From the NCBI GenBank assembly GCA_964491395.1, contig CAZBGI010000005.1, positions 4,676 to 68,675 on the forward strand: a DNA stretch of 64,000 bases, in the 5' to 3' direction. Origin of the DNA: an uncultured Bacteroidales bacterium. Lineage in GTDB: Bacteria > Bacteroidota > Bacteroidia > Bacteroidales > UBA7960. Position numbers and translations under genes: made by a program. Below, piece by piece: positions 1 through 9,454 of the stretch. The notes under the pieces are model-generated. The model was given only the letters and a program-made list of their open reading frames with translations. It made no database searches and was not told where the DNA came from. Positions within the stretch are counted from its first letter, which is position 1, and each line of letters starts with the position of its first letter.

Positions 1-1181
1 TTGTTGTAAGGTGAGAGTCCGCTACCATCAAGTATGCGTAATCCCCGGGTATCCAGTCCTTTCTCCTCCCAGAATGCTTTGATTACATCTGAACCCGCCG
101 AAAATGAGCCTTCATCCTTAAACTCTTTTCCCAATGTTTTGATTAGATTCTCAGCGTATGTATTTACGCTGTTGAAATTGGTACGGCTGGCAATATCTTC
201 AAGATAGGGCGAAAGATGCCGACTGATAATTACCCTTGTACCGGAATATTCACTTAAGGGCATATCGCGATGGGTATAAACAGATTCCTTTACCTTTATG
301 TTATTGTGTTGAAGAAAGCTGGCCCATGAAGCCGCCAAAAAATGACCCGGATCGGGCAGGGATCCTTTTACTTCAAAATTATTCTCTCCCAGTGGCACTG
401 TACCGGTAAGCCAGCGCCGGTTGCTGTAAGGAGAGCCATAAATATAGACGTTGTCTCCCGATCCCCGGGGACCCGTGCCAACATCGTTGTGAAAGGTTAT
501 GCCGGGAACGGTTGGATCCGTCTTCACTACAGTAGCGGGAGCGCCTTCCAGGCTTCCAGGCTGAAAAAAAACACTGTAGAGATTTTCATGGGTGGTAAGA
601 GCATGGGCGCCAGCACCATAATAATTCCCCATATCTTCCCATATCCATTTTGAAGGTATCATGTGATCGTCAAACCAGGAACCATCAGCAATGATATTTC
701 CTTCGATGGTTTTGATTCCTGTTGCCTTAATCTCTTTGAGCCACTCAGCAAAGACCAGGTCAAGAGCCAGGCTGTCGTCGACCATTTTTGCACCCAGCAT
801 CGGGTTCCCAAATCCTTTGATGTATAAGTTTCCCTTTAGGATGTCGTTTTCTATTTTTCCGTCATACTGAAGCAGGGTTTCAAACTGGTAGTTGCTTCCC
901 AGCATAGAGAGCGCTGTAAGGGTTGTAACTACTTTCTGGGTGGAAGCAGGTATGAGCGCCAGGTCGGGGTTATGGTCAAGAATTATTTTTCCGGTACGGG
1001 CATCGGCAGCATAAAATCCCCATGAGGTATTTTTTAATGCCTCATCTTTTGAAAATTCGTTAAGAGCGCTTTTCAGCCCGCTCTTTCCTGTGAACTCAGA
1101 GGATGGGTCTTCCGGGTAAGCATACAAAACCGATAGAAATAACAAGGAAAAAATCAGGATAACAGCCAACTTTTTATCCAT
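1..1181 (-). CDS. dacB: D-alanyl-D-alanine carboxypeptidase/endopeptidase (PBP4, peptidase S13), C-terminus cut by window edge
   Basis: Absent from the ORF track because no stop lies in the window. My minus-strand translation from the ATG at 1181 stays open to position 1: MDKKLAVILIFSLLFLSVLYA (signal peptide) ... IPASTQKVVT (SxxK active site) ... LDGSGLSPYN. Confidence 0.8.
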   Translation of the reverse strand, partial: MDKKLAVILIFSLLFLSVLYAYPEDPSSEFTGKSGLKSALNEFSKDEALKNTSWGFYAADARTGKIILDHNPDLALIPASTQKVVTTLTALSMLGSNYQFETLLQYDGKIENDILKGNLYIKGFGNPMLGAKMVDDSLALDLVFAEWLKEIKATGIKTIEGNIIADGSWFDDHMIPSKWIWEDMGNYYGAGAHALTTHENLYSVFFQPGSLEGAPATVVKTDPTVPGITFHNDVGTGPRGSGDNVYIYGSPYSNRRWLTGTVPLGENNFEVKGSLPDPGHFLAASWASFLQHNNIKVKESVYTHRDMPLSEYSGTRVIISRHLSPYLEDIASRTNFNSVNTYAENLIKTLGKEFKDEGSFSAGSDVIKAFWEEKGLDTRGLRILDGSGLSPYN

Positions 1182-1212
1182 AGTGTGAGAAAGTTTTGGT
1201 GTGTCTGTTCAA

Positions 1213-2166
1213 TTATCTTCCAAAAACAGAAATCCGGATGTAGTTTCCGGGATTATTGCGGATGTCTTCCAGTAAAAGTTCGAGTTGTTGTGAAGAAGTT
1301 TCAAGATTGTTGTATAACTCTTCATCATTAACCAGCAGGCCCATGGTTCCCTCTCCCTTTTCTATTTTTTCAAGAATATGGTTGAGGTTGGTGACACTTT
1401 GTTCAGCCTGAAGCATGGTTTGTGTGAGATTAGCCGCTGCCAGGCTGTCAGAAATCGAGGAAAAATTGGTAATGATATTGGTTAGGGTTTCATTGTTGTT
1501 TTTCAGGTTCTCACTGATAGACTCAGCATTGGTAAGGATATGGGTAATTCGGGTAGATTCCCTGTCAATGGTCTGGTCCATTCGGTTCGTGGTTTTTTCC
1601 AGATTTTCCAGGGTTTCCTGGATGCTTTGAAAGCTTTGGGTGATGTTTACCCGGGTTTGCTCATTAAAAATGGCCTGAAAAACCACCATCACTGAATCAA
1701 TTTGTCCGAACAGTTCATCGGCTCTTTCTTTTATGGGGGTTACCAACTGACTTACTTCCTCCTGGATAGAAGACTCCAGCCCTGAGGCAAGGGTATCTCC
1801 ATCATTGATAAGCTGAGATGAGTCTCCGAGTTTGATGACAATTTCCCGGCTTCCGGTAAGACTCTCTCCTGTAAGCATGGCCACCGAGTTGTCAGGAATG
1901 GCAACATCCCGTGATATGATATTTTCAACAATGATACGGCCACTTCCGTCATCCAGGAAAGAAATACGATTGACCTGACCAATACTTACACCACTGACCA
2001 AAACAGGATTGGATTCAATCAGATTGGTAACATCATCATAAAGGGCATAAAATTTTATTTGCCGGGTAAAAATATCTTTCCCTTTCAGGTAGTTAAGTCC
2101 CCATACAAACAGAAAAACGGATAATACAGTCAGTATTCCTAATTTAATTTCTCTTGAAATTTTCAA
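1213..2166 (-). CDS. MlaD/MCE-family protein (membrane-anchored lipid-transport substrate-binding component)
   Basis: 317-aa ORF. N-terminal TM anchor (LGILTVLSVFLFVWGL), MCE-like core (NPVLVSGVSIGQVNRI), long helical C-terminus. No MlaE/MlaF partner is adjacent. Confidence 0.7.
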   Translation of the reverse strand: MKISREIKLGILTVLSVFLFVWGLNYLKGKDIFTRQIKFYALYDDVTNLIESNPVLVSGVSIGQVNRISFLDDGSGRIIVENIISRDVAIPDNSVAMLTGESLTGSREIVIKLGDSSQLINDGDTLASGLESSIQEEVSQLVTPIKERADELFGQIDSVMVVFQAIFNEQTRVNITQSFQSIQETLENLEKTTNRMDQTIDRESTRITHILTNAESISENLKNNNETLTNIITNFSSISDSLAAANLTQTMLQAEQSVTNLNHILEKIEKGEGTMGLLVNDEELYNNLETSSQQLELLLEDIRNNPGNYIRISVFGR

Positions 2167-2245
2167 AACGTTACAATGTTTAAGGTTGAATTGAACCAGT
2201 GTATAAACAAACTTTCATCTCGATATCCATAAATTTTTCTCAGAA

Positions 2246-3403
2246 TCATGGATTTTCGATGCTTTCATTGAGCAGTTTCATGGCTTCGGCAGTAGCTATG
2301 CGTTGGTTATTCTTAAATGCAACTACAAATGCATCTTTAAAACCGTTTTGTTGAAGATTTTGTTGAATTTGCACAGCCTCTTCAAAGGTTTTCTCATTGC
2401 CGACAGTGTATTTATACAAACCGTCGTGCACATAAAAATTAATTCCGCTGATACCCTTGAATTCGGGTGCATCCAATGGTCTTTCTACCGTAGTAGTGGC
2501 AAATTGTACCCGGAATGAAATATCAGGTGAGTTTTCGGTATATGATGGGTTTGTCAACTCGTTATCCGGAAGAGAATCCTCGTTAGAGGGCTTGTTTCCG
2601 TTTAGATTTGCCAGTTGCTGTTGTGCCACATCGTCCTGGTATGTTTTGTAATCTCTGAATGCCCTGAACACTGCTGAAGCGATATGCGCCTGGCCGGTTT
2701 CTGACATCAGGTATTGTTCTTCCCGGGGATTGCTGAGAAATCCTGCTTCCACAAGTATTCCGGGCATAGCGATGTCATACAATACCAGGAAACCGGCCTG
2801 TTTAACTCCCCTGTCATGCCTTCCGGCTCTTTCCCTGAACTGATCCTGAACCAATGAGGCGACAGTAAGGCTCTGATTTAAATAAAGATTCTGAAACATG
2901 GAAAACATAATATTGGCTTCCGGGGAGTTGGGATCATAGCCATCATAGGTTTCCAGGTAGTCGTCTTCATAAAGAATGGAGGCATTTTCTTTTTTTGCCA
3001 CGGCAAGATTTTCTTTACTTTTATGCAATCCCATTACAAAAGTTTCAGTTCCAAAGGCCCTGTTTGAGGGGCTGGCATTGCAATGGATCGAGATAAAAAG
3101 ATCGGCTTTGTTGTCGTTGGCTATCTGGGTTCGTCTGCGTAAAGAAATAAATTCATCTGTTGTGCGGGTATAAATAACTTTCACATCATCAAAGTTTTTT
3201 TCAATATACTCGCCCAGTTGGAGGGAAATCTTTAATACAATGTCTTTTTCCTTAACCTGAGCACCAACAGCACCCGGGTCGCGTCCACCATGACCTGCAT
3301 CAATGACTACGGTATTCACAAATCCATGCTTATCTGCACGAACCGGAAGAGCGTGCAGTAAAAAGAAGCATAATATACCAAAAATTATAATCTTTCGTTT
3401 CAC
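2246..3403 (-). CDS. N-acetylmuramoyl-L-alanine amidase (Amidase_3) with C-terminal SPOR-like domain
   Basis: 385-aa ORF with a signal peptide. Amidase_3 motifs: VVIDAGHGGRDPGA, LFISIHCNA, EAGFLSN. The C-terminal ~80 aa (FRVQFATT...GFKDAFVVAF) resembles a SPOR domain. Confidence 0.85.
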   Translation of the reverse strand: MKRKIIIFGILCFFLLHALPVRADKHGFVNTVVIDAGHGGRDPGAVGAQVKEKDIVLKISLQLGEYIEKNFDDVKVIYTRTTDEFISLRRRTQIANDNKADLFISIHCNASPSNRAFGTETFVMGLHKSKENLAVAKKENASILYEDDYLETYDGYDPNSPEANIMFSMFQNLYLNQSLTVASLVQDQFRERAGRHDRGVKQAGFLVLYDIAMPGILVEAGFLSNPREEQYLMSETGQAHIASAVFRAFRDYKTYQDDVAQQQLANLNGNKPSNEDSLPDNELTNPSYTENSPDISFRVQFATTTVERPLDAPEFKGISGINFYVHDGLYKYTVGNEKTFEEAVQIQQNLQQNGFKDAFVVAFKNNQRIATAEAMKLLNESIENP

Positions 3404-3504
3404 TTATTAATTGCTCGTTTTTTTATAGTTTTGCGCTTGATTTTTTTGCGGGTAATTACCCGTTTCCTTGTACCGGATTTTTTGAGGTTGCTGTATATTA
3501 TATA

Positions 3505-3532
3505 GTTTGAATTACACTGTTTGAATTACACT
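3505..3532. repeat. Perfect tandem duplication of a 14-mer (gtttgaattacact x2)
   Basis: Read directly from the sequence in the divergent amidase / LptD-like intergenic region. Confidence 0.9.
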
Positions 3533-3613
3533 GAATAAACCATCAAAATAACCGTACTTTATTATCTACGTGATAATGACTTTCATATTGTGCAAAAATA
3601 ATATTAAAAAGAA

Positions 3614-6382
3614 TTGCGTACAAGCTTATTAGTCAAGTTTTTTATAATCATAACGTTTGGTTATGGGGTTCTTTCCGGCAAAAACCTTTTGGCGGATGTG
3701 CGCTGTTCATTGGCGGATTTTTCTGTCTCTCAAGCTCTCCTGCACACCCCTGCTCAACCTCCGGTGTCATCTGACACCCTGGTAATTCCTGATAATCAAC
3801 AAGATGAGGTAGGAAACGATAGCATTCCCGGGGTTGAGGAAGAACCGGAAAGGCAACGTGGGTCTGCAGTAATGCTTGATTCAAAGGTTGATTATTCTGC
3901 TGTAGACTCAACGCGCTTTGATATCCGCAGACAAGAGGTGCATCTTTGGGGTGATGCAGATTTGAAGTATACCAATATCCATTTACAGGCAGCTTATGTA
4001 AGAATCAATTTTAACACCAAGGAAGTTTATGCAGTAGGAATGCCTGATTCTCTTGATGTAATACAAGGCAATCCGGTTTTTCAGGAAGGTGATCAGAGTT
4101 TTGAATCAAAGGAAATCCGGTATAACTTTGAAACTCAGAAAGGAAGAACCGTTCAGGTAATTACGGAAGAAGCCGATGGTTTTCTGCATGGGGAAGTGGT
4201 TAAAATGATGGAAACCCAAAATGTTCATGTGAGTTCGGGGAAATATACCACTTGCGATAATCCCGAACCCCATTTTCATATTTCTTTCAATCGTGCCAAA
4301 ATCGTTCCCAACGATAAAATTATTACCAGTGCTCCAAGGCTTACCATTGCCGGTGTGCGGACACCGCTCATTCTTCCCTTTGGCTTTTTTCCCAATACGC
4401 GGGGGCAAGCCTCCGGTATTTTGATTCCCTCGTATGGAGAAACCCGAAACCGCGGTTTTTATCTCGAAAATGGTGGTTTTTACTGGGGAATTAATGACTA
4501 TATTGATTTATCCCTGAGAGGAGATATTTATTCCAGGGGAAGCTGGGGAGCAAGAGTGGGGTCGAATTACAGGAAGCGGTATAAGTTTAACGGCAATTTT
4601 AATATCAATTATGCTATCAATATCATTGGAGAAGAAAACCTTCCCGGATATGAACGAAGCCGTGATTTCCGGGTGATATGGAACCATAGCCAGGATCCCA
4701 AAGCCCGGCCCAATAGTGTTTTTCGCGCCAATGTAAATGCAGGTAGCAGTCAGTACAGTCGCTTTAATCCAAGTTCAACCAACGATTATTTATCCAATAC
4801 CTTCTCCTCCAACATCAGTTATTCAGCCAACTGGGCAGGACGCTACAACCTTTCTTTAAATGCACGGCATAGCCAGAATACGATTACCCAGGCGGTGGAT
4901 TTGAGTCTGCCTGAGGTGGCTTTCAGCGTGGCGCGTTTTTATCCTTTCAGAAGGAAAAATGTGCAAGGTCCCTTGCGGTGGTATGAAGAAATAACGATGA
5001 ATTATAACATGAACGCCAGAAATGAGATTAAAACCAACGAGGAAAATTTGTTTAAAGAAGCTATGTTTGACGGTCTCAGAAGTGGTGTTCAGCATACGAT
5101 ACCCTTAAGCCATTCCTTTCGTATCTTCAATCACTTTAATCTCAGCAATTCCGTAAATTATACCGAGCGCTGGTATTTTCGCAAAATAGAACAAAACTGG
5201 GAACAGGACCCCGATGATGAATTCCTTGACCCTGCCAACGGACAGGTGGTATCTGATACCATTAGTGGTTTTTATGGGGTGCGGGATTTTAGTTATTCCA
5301 GCTCACTGAATACAAGAATATACGGTATGATTCAACTTAGCAGAGGGCCTGTTACGGCACTGCGGCACGTTGCATCGCCCAGTGTTGGATTTTCTTTGCG
5401 GCCCGACTTTGCTGATCCTTTCTGGGGTTATTATGGCAGCTATTATGATCCGCAAGATGAAAATGAGGTAACTTATTCCTATTTTGCTGGAGAAATGTAT
5501 GGTACCCCGCAGGCAGGCAGATCGGGGTCGCTCAATTTTTCCCTCACCAACAATCTGGAAATGAAGGTGAGAAGCCGCAAAGACAGCGTGAACGGAGAAC
5601 GAAAAATCGCCCTGATAGATAATCTCAGTATTTCTACCAGTTACGACCTTGCAAGGGATTCTCTTAATCTCAGTGATATCAGAGTAAGCGGGCGAACCCG
5701 TCTTTTTGGACAGTTTGACGTAACCTATTCCGGCACTTGGTCTCCCTATGCAGCAGATAGCCTGGGCAATGCCTACAATACTTTTTTATGGGAAACTGAA
5801 AAAAAACTTTTGCGCCTGAGAAACAGTTCGTGGTCACTGAACTTTAATTATACCCTGAATTCCCCCCAGGGAGGCGCCTCCAATGGAGGTTCCTCAGGGA
5901 CCTCTCAGCAGCCCTTAAGGGGACATGGTGCTGACCCTATGACCGGAAACGGGATGGAGGATGACGAAGATGTGCATGGACAAGATCCCATGGAAACCCC
6001 CACCCCTGAGCCCGGCGTTGTTGATTACTCCGTGCCCTGGTCGCTGAGGTTCTCTTATTCGTTAAAATACAGCACCAATATTATGTGGCCCGAACAAAGC
6101 AGGGATCACACCATTCTTCAAAATCTGAATTTTTCGGGAGATATTAATCTGACCCCTAACTGGCGAATTGGCTTCAGCAGCGGGTATAATTTTGAAATGA
6201 AGGAAATAACCTATACATCCCTTGATATTTACCGGGATTTGCATTGCTGGGAGTTGTTAATCAACTGGATACCCTTTGGTTTCCGAAAGAGCTATAACCT
6301 TACCCTGAGGGTGAAGTCAAGTGTATTGCAAGACCTGAAGCTCACCCGACGCACACACCATCTTGACCGGGTCGAGTTCTGA
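3614..6382 (+). CDS. LptD/OstA-like outer-membrane beta-barrel protein (putative LPS-assembly protein)
   Basis: 922-aa ORF with a TTG start at 3614; the N-terminus looks like a signal peptide and the first in-frame ATG is ~85 codons in. OstA-like N-domain (HLWGDADLKYTNIHLQAAYVRINF), then a long aromatic-rich beta-strand region ending ...RRTHHLDRVEF. Size and layout match the Bacteroidota LptD-like family. Confidence 0.6.
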   Translation: MRTSLLVKFFIIITFGYGVLSGKNLLADVRCSLADFSVSQALLHTPAQPPVSSDTLVIPDNQQDEVGNDSIPGVEEEPERQRGSAVMLDSKVDYSAVDSTRFDIRRQEVHLWGDADLKYTNIHLQAAYVRINFNTKEVYAVGMPDSLDVIQGNPVFQEGDQSFESKEIRYNFETQKGRTVQVITEEADGFLHGEVVKMMETQNVHVSSGKYTTCDNPEPHFHISFNRAKIVPNDKIITSAPRLTIAGVRTPLILPFGFFPNTRGQASGILIPSYGETRNRGFYLENGGFYWGINDYIDLSLRGDIYSRGSWGARVGSNYRKRYKFNGNFNINYAINIIGEENLPGYERSRDFRVIWNHSQDPKARPNSVFRANVNAGSSQYSRFNPSSTNDYLSNTFSSNISYSANWAGRYNLSLNARHSQNTITQAVDLSLPEVAFSVARFYPFRRKNVQGPLRWYEEITMNYNMNARNEIKTNEENLFKEAMFDGLRSGVQHTIPLSHSFRIFNHFNLSNSVNYTERWYFRKIEQNWEQDPDDEFLDPANGQVVSDTISGFYGVRDFSYSSSLNTRIYGMIQLSRGPVTALRHVASPSVGFSLRPDFADPFWGYYGSYYDPQDENEVTYSYFAGEMYGTPQAGRSGSLNFSLTNNLEMKVRSRKDSVNGERKIALIDNLSISTSYDLARDSLNLSDIRVSGRTRLFGQFDVTYSGTWSPYAADSLGNAYNTFLWETEKKLLRLRNSSWSLNFNYTLNSPQGGASNGGSSGTSQQPLRGHGADPMTGNGMEDDEDVHGQDPMETPTPEPGVVDYSVPWSLRFSYSLKYSTNIMWPEQSRDHTILQNLNFSGDINLTPNWRIGFSSGYNFEMKEITYTSLDIYRDLHCWELLINWIPFGFRKSYNLTLRVKSSVLQDLKLTRRTHHLDRVEF

Positions 6383-6814
6383 GAATTACCATGATAGATC
6401 AGCGGTATATTTTTTTTTGTAAATGTTTTTTAGAAATAATTAGTGGGTTTAAAAAAAAAATTGAATATTTGCAGTGCTTAAAGATCCGGTCATAAAACGC
6501 TCAGGAATGCCTGAAAAATGTTGTTACATCGGAGGTATCATAAAAAAAAACCGACCGAAGGATCTTGAATAATTGGATTGTCAGCGTAATGCATATGGAT
6601 TTGTCAAACAGCATCTGTTGCATGAATAATAATAATTTTGAACGGCGCATGAGAGTAATTTTAATTTGAAAAACAATAACTGCATGCTCTTTTTTCCATT
6701 AACCCATTAATAAAAACATCAGCCGATGAAGTAAGTCATGAAGTTTCGCTTGAAGAACAAACGTAACGCATGCCGAGTTTCATCGATTATCTTAATTTAA
6801 AAATCTATAAGAAG

Positions 6815-7408
6815 ATGAAAACTGTTATTCAAATTGTAATGGCCCTGATAATTGTTCTTTTGGGTTATTTTATTTATGAAAGTATAATGGAGCCTGTGAA
6901 ATTTAACGATGAGTTAAATAAACGGGAAGACAGGATTGTACAAAGGCTGAAAGACATCAGGCAGGTGCAGGTGGCGCATCGTTCACGGTATGATTCATTT
7001 GTCAGTGATATGGACTCGCTGATTAGTTTTTACAAAAACGATTCTCTACCCCTTTTAAAGGCTTTTGGTACAGTGCCTGATAGTTTAACCGAATCTGAAG
7101 CTATAGAGTTGGGCATTGTTCAGCGCGATACTTCATGGGTGATGGCCAGGGACAGTTTATTGCGCAAAGCACGCTATCCTATTGACTCTCTGGGTTATGT
7201 TCCCTATACCGATGGAGTGAAATTTACCATGGATGCCGGTGAAATTGAAAGAGGTCTTACGAAATTACCCGTTTTTGAGGCCTATGTGCTGCCCACCGAT
7301 TATCTAAAAGATCTTGATCGTTGGAGAGTTTATTACACTGGCGATATTGAAGCCGGTTTGCGTGTAGGTTCTATGTTCGAAGCTTCCACCGACGGAAACT
7401 GGGAATAA
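6815..7408 (+). CDS. Hypothetical membrane-anchored protein
   Basis: The ORF track gives 6770..7408. I prefer the internal ATG at 6815, because MKTVIQIVMALIIVLLGYFIYESI is a clean N-terminal TM anchor. No recognisable family. Confidence 0.5.
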   Translation: MKTVIQIVMALIIVLLGYFIYESIMEPVKFNDELNKREDRIVQRLKDIRQVQVAHRSRYDSFVSDMDSLISFYKNDSLPLLKAFGTVPDSLTESEAIELGIVQRDTSWVMARDSLLRKARYPIDSLGYVPYTDGVKFTMDAGEIERGLTKLPVFEAYVLPTDYLKDLDRWRVYYTGDIEAGLRVGSMFEASTDGNWE

Positions 7409-7416
7409 TAATACCT

Positions 7417-8292
7417 GTGACAATGCATATTCCCTTTCAGGAAATACTCAGTATTCAGGATGCGGAACATGTATTGAACAATTCCGGTAAAAACTTCTTA
7501 TCCATCGAGCTTTCGCCCGGTGGATTTTCTTATTGTGTGCTCGATACGGAAAGATTCAAGTATACATTGCTTGAATCTTTTCGTGTTGAAAACAAAAGCG
7601 GATATTCCATCACTGCCGATTTCCTGGAATATATCGCCAAGGAAAAAAAGTTCCTGACTGCGTATTATCAACGAATCAGTTTGTCGTTGTTGAGCCAGGG
7701 GGTTACTCTTGTTCCTGCTGAGCTTTTCTCTTACCTGGAAAAAGGAAAATTTATCGATTTTAATGTGTATCCGGATAAGGATTACGAGGTTAAGGTGGAT
7801 AAACTCAACAATCTTTCTGCCTATGCCTTGTATCCCTTCCCAAAGGTATTGCTTCAGAAAGTCAATTATCTGTTTCCCGGTTGCCGCATCAGGCATATAT
7901 CTACCAGCCTCATAGAAAATATTCTTTACATGGTAAGGTACGGGCGATTCAGCCCGCAGCTGGTGCTCAGTGTGCAGGAAGACCAGTTTCAAATGATGAT
8001 TTTTGATAACAGCAACCTGGTTTTCTATAATTTATTTTCGTATAAAACGGTAGATGATCTGTTCTACTATCTGTTTTTTGTGCTGGAACAGCTCGAATTG
8101 CAGGCCGAGAAGCTGGATGCCATGCTTTACGGAGAAGTAAGCATTGAAAGCGAATTGTACAAAAAGATCCGATTGTATGTAAAATCGGTTTCTTTTGGTC
8201 CACGCAGTGAACTATTCAAATACAGCGACTGTTTTGATGACATTCCCCATCATTACTATTTTAGTCTTTTAAATCTGAATTCATGCGGATAA
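7417..8292 (+). CDS. DUF3822-like protein (conserved Bacteroidota hypothetical)
   Basis: 291-aa ORF that overlaps rsmD by 10 nt. I recall the position upstream of rsmD-coaD and the N-terminal SIELSPGGFSYCVLD segment as typical of DUF3822. This is recognition only. Confidence 0.5.
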   Translation: MTMHIPFQEILSIQDAEHVLNNSGKNFLSIELSPGGFSYCVLDTERFKYTLLESFRVENKSGYSITADFLEYIAKEKKFLTAYYQRISLSLLSQGVTLVPAELFSYLEKGKFIDFNVYPDKDYEVKVDKLNNLSAYALYPFPKVLLQKVNYLFPGCRIRHISTSLIENILYMVRYGRFSPQLVLSVQEDQFQMMIFDNSNLVFYNLFSYKTVDDLFYYLFFVLEQLELQAEKLDAMLYGEVSIESELYKKIRLYVKSVSFGPRSELFKYSDCFDDIPHHYYFSLLNLNSCG

Positions 8293-8822
8293 TCGGCGGA
8301 AAACATCAACGACGACAAATCATTGCTCCTGCAAAACTGCCTGTCAGGCCTACCACAGATATGGCCAAAGAAGCCTTGTTCAGTATAATCAACAATCATT
8401 TTAGTTTTGAAGATATTTATGTGCTGGATCTTTTTGCCGGTACCGGGAATATATCTTACGAGTTTGCCTCCAGGGGAGCTGTTGAAGTAATTGCGGTTGA
8501 TATCAATAACCATTGTGTGCAATTTATCAAAAAAACAGCCGAGGCACTGGAAATGGAAAATCTAAGGGCTGTCAGGGCCGAAACATTTCACTTTCTGGGT
8601 TTTTGCAACACTTCCTTTGATATCGTGTTTGCCGATCCTCCTTACGACCTGGAAGGGATTCCTGATATTCCCACCAAAGTGTTGGATGCACAAATTGTGA
8701 AGCCTGATGGCTGGCTGGTGGTAGAACATGGCGAAAATATCAATTTCTCAGATCATCCTTCTTTTGTTGAAAAAAGAAGATACGGAAAGGTCCATTTCAG
8801 TTTTTTTAAACCCACAATATAA
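8283..8822 (+). CDS. rsmD: 16S rRNA (guanine966-N2)-methyltransferase
   Basis: 179 aa. MRIIGGKHQRRQI...PVRPTTDMAKEALFSII, SAM-binding LDLFAGTGNISYE, catalytic DPPY. Confidence 0.9.
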   Translation: MRIIGGKHQRRQIIAPAKLPVRPTTDMAKEALFSIINNHFSFEDIYVLDLFAGTGNISYEFASRGAVEVIAVDINNHCVQFIKKTAEALEMENLRAVRAETFHFLGFCNTSFDIVFADPPYDLEGIPDIPTKVLDAQIVKPDGWLVVEHGENINFSDHPSFVEKRRYGKVHFSFFKPTI

Positions 8823-8834
8823 TCCCAGTATACT

Positions 8835-9296
8835 ATGGCAAAAATTGCAGTATTCCCGGGCTCCTTTGACCCGATAACCATCGGTCACGAATCAATTGTA
8901 TTAAGGGCTATTCCCTTGTTTGATAAAATCATTATTGCGGTGGGGGTTAATGCAGATAAAACCGGTTTTTTTCCCGTTGAAAAAAGAGTGGATTGGCTGG
9001 AGAAAGTTTTTGAAGCTTATCCTTCTGTTGAAGTGCAAACCTACCAGGGACTTACGGTTGATTTTTGTAAGAAAAACAATATAGGCTTTATTCTCAGAGG
9101 GTTACGCACTTCTGCCGATTTTGAGTTTGAGCGCAGCATAGGGCAGATAAACAAGCAGATGCATCCCGATATTGAAACTGTTTTCTTACTCACCACCCCC
9201 GAGCATTCTGCCCTTAATTCTTCTATTGTAAGAGATATTATCCGCAACAATGGTGATGCAACTCCTTTTGTTCCTGATCAGGTTCGATTCAGTTGA
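8835..9296 (+). CDS. coaD: Phosphopantetheine adenylyltransferase
   Basis: 153 aa. MAKIAVFPGSFDPITIGHESIV (the T/HxGH nucleotidyltransferase motif) and the typical length. Confidence 0.92.
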   Translation: MAKIAVFPGSFDPITIGHESIVLRAIPLFDKIIIAVGVNADKTGFFPVEKRVDWLEKVFEAYPSVEVQTYQGLTVDFCKKNNIGFILRGLRTSADFEFERSIGQINKQMHPDIETVFLLTTPEHSALNSSIVRDIIRNNGDATPFVPDQVRFS

Positions 9297-9454
9297 AAAG
9301 AAACTGTACTGAGGATTTGCTTGTGCCACATGCCTGCACACTATTTTTTACCTGTTTTCGTTTGTCTGTCGTAAGGAATGTCAATATATGGTGTAGATTG
9401 TATGCTGTAAAAAAAATATCATGACAGCAGCAACACTTCCTAAATAAAGATTGT

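Noticed and set aside
342-653. 103-aa plus-strand ORF in the track
   Set aside because: It lies entirely antisense to the well-supported dacB reading frame (SxxK motif, signal peptide) and has no recognisable features. It is a shadow ORF.
6410-6550. Homopolymer tracts (T9, A10, A9) as phase-variation switches
   Set aside because: They are intergenic, not within an ORF or between recognisable -33/-7 elements, so there is no evidence of a contingency locus.
7498-7992. 164-aa minus-strand ORF
   Set aside because: It is antisense to the DUF3822-like gene, which is itself translationally coupled to rsmD. There is no independent support.
9281-9290. GGTTCGATTC, resembling a tRNA T-loop
   Set aside because: It sits in the last codons of coaD with no acceptor, D or anticodon arms around it. 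It is not a tRNA.
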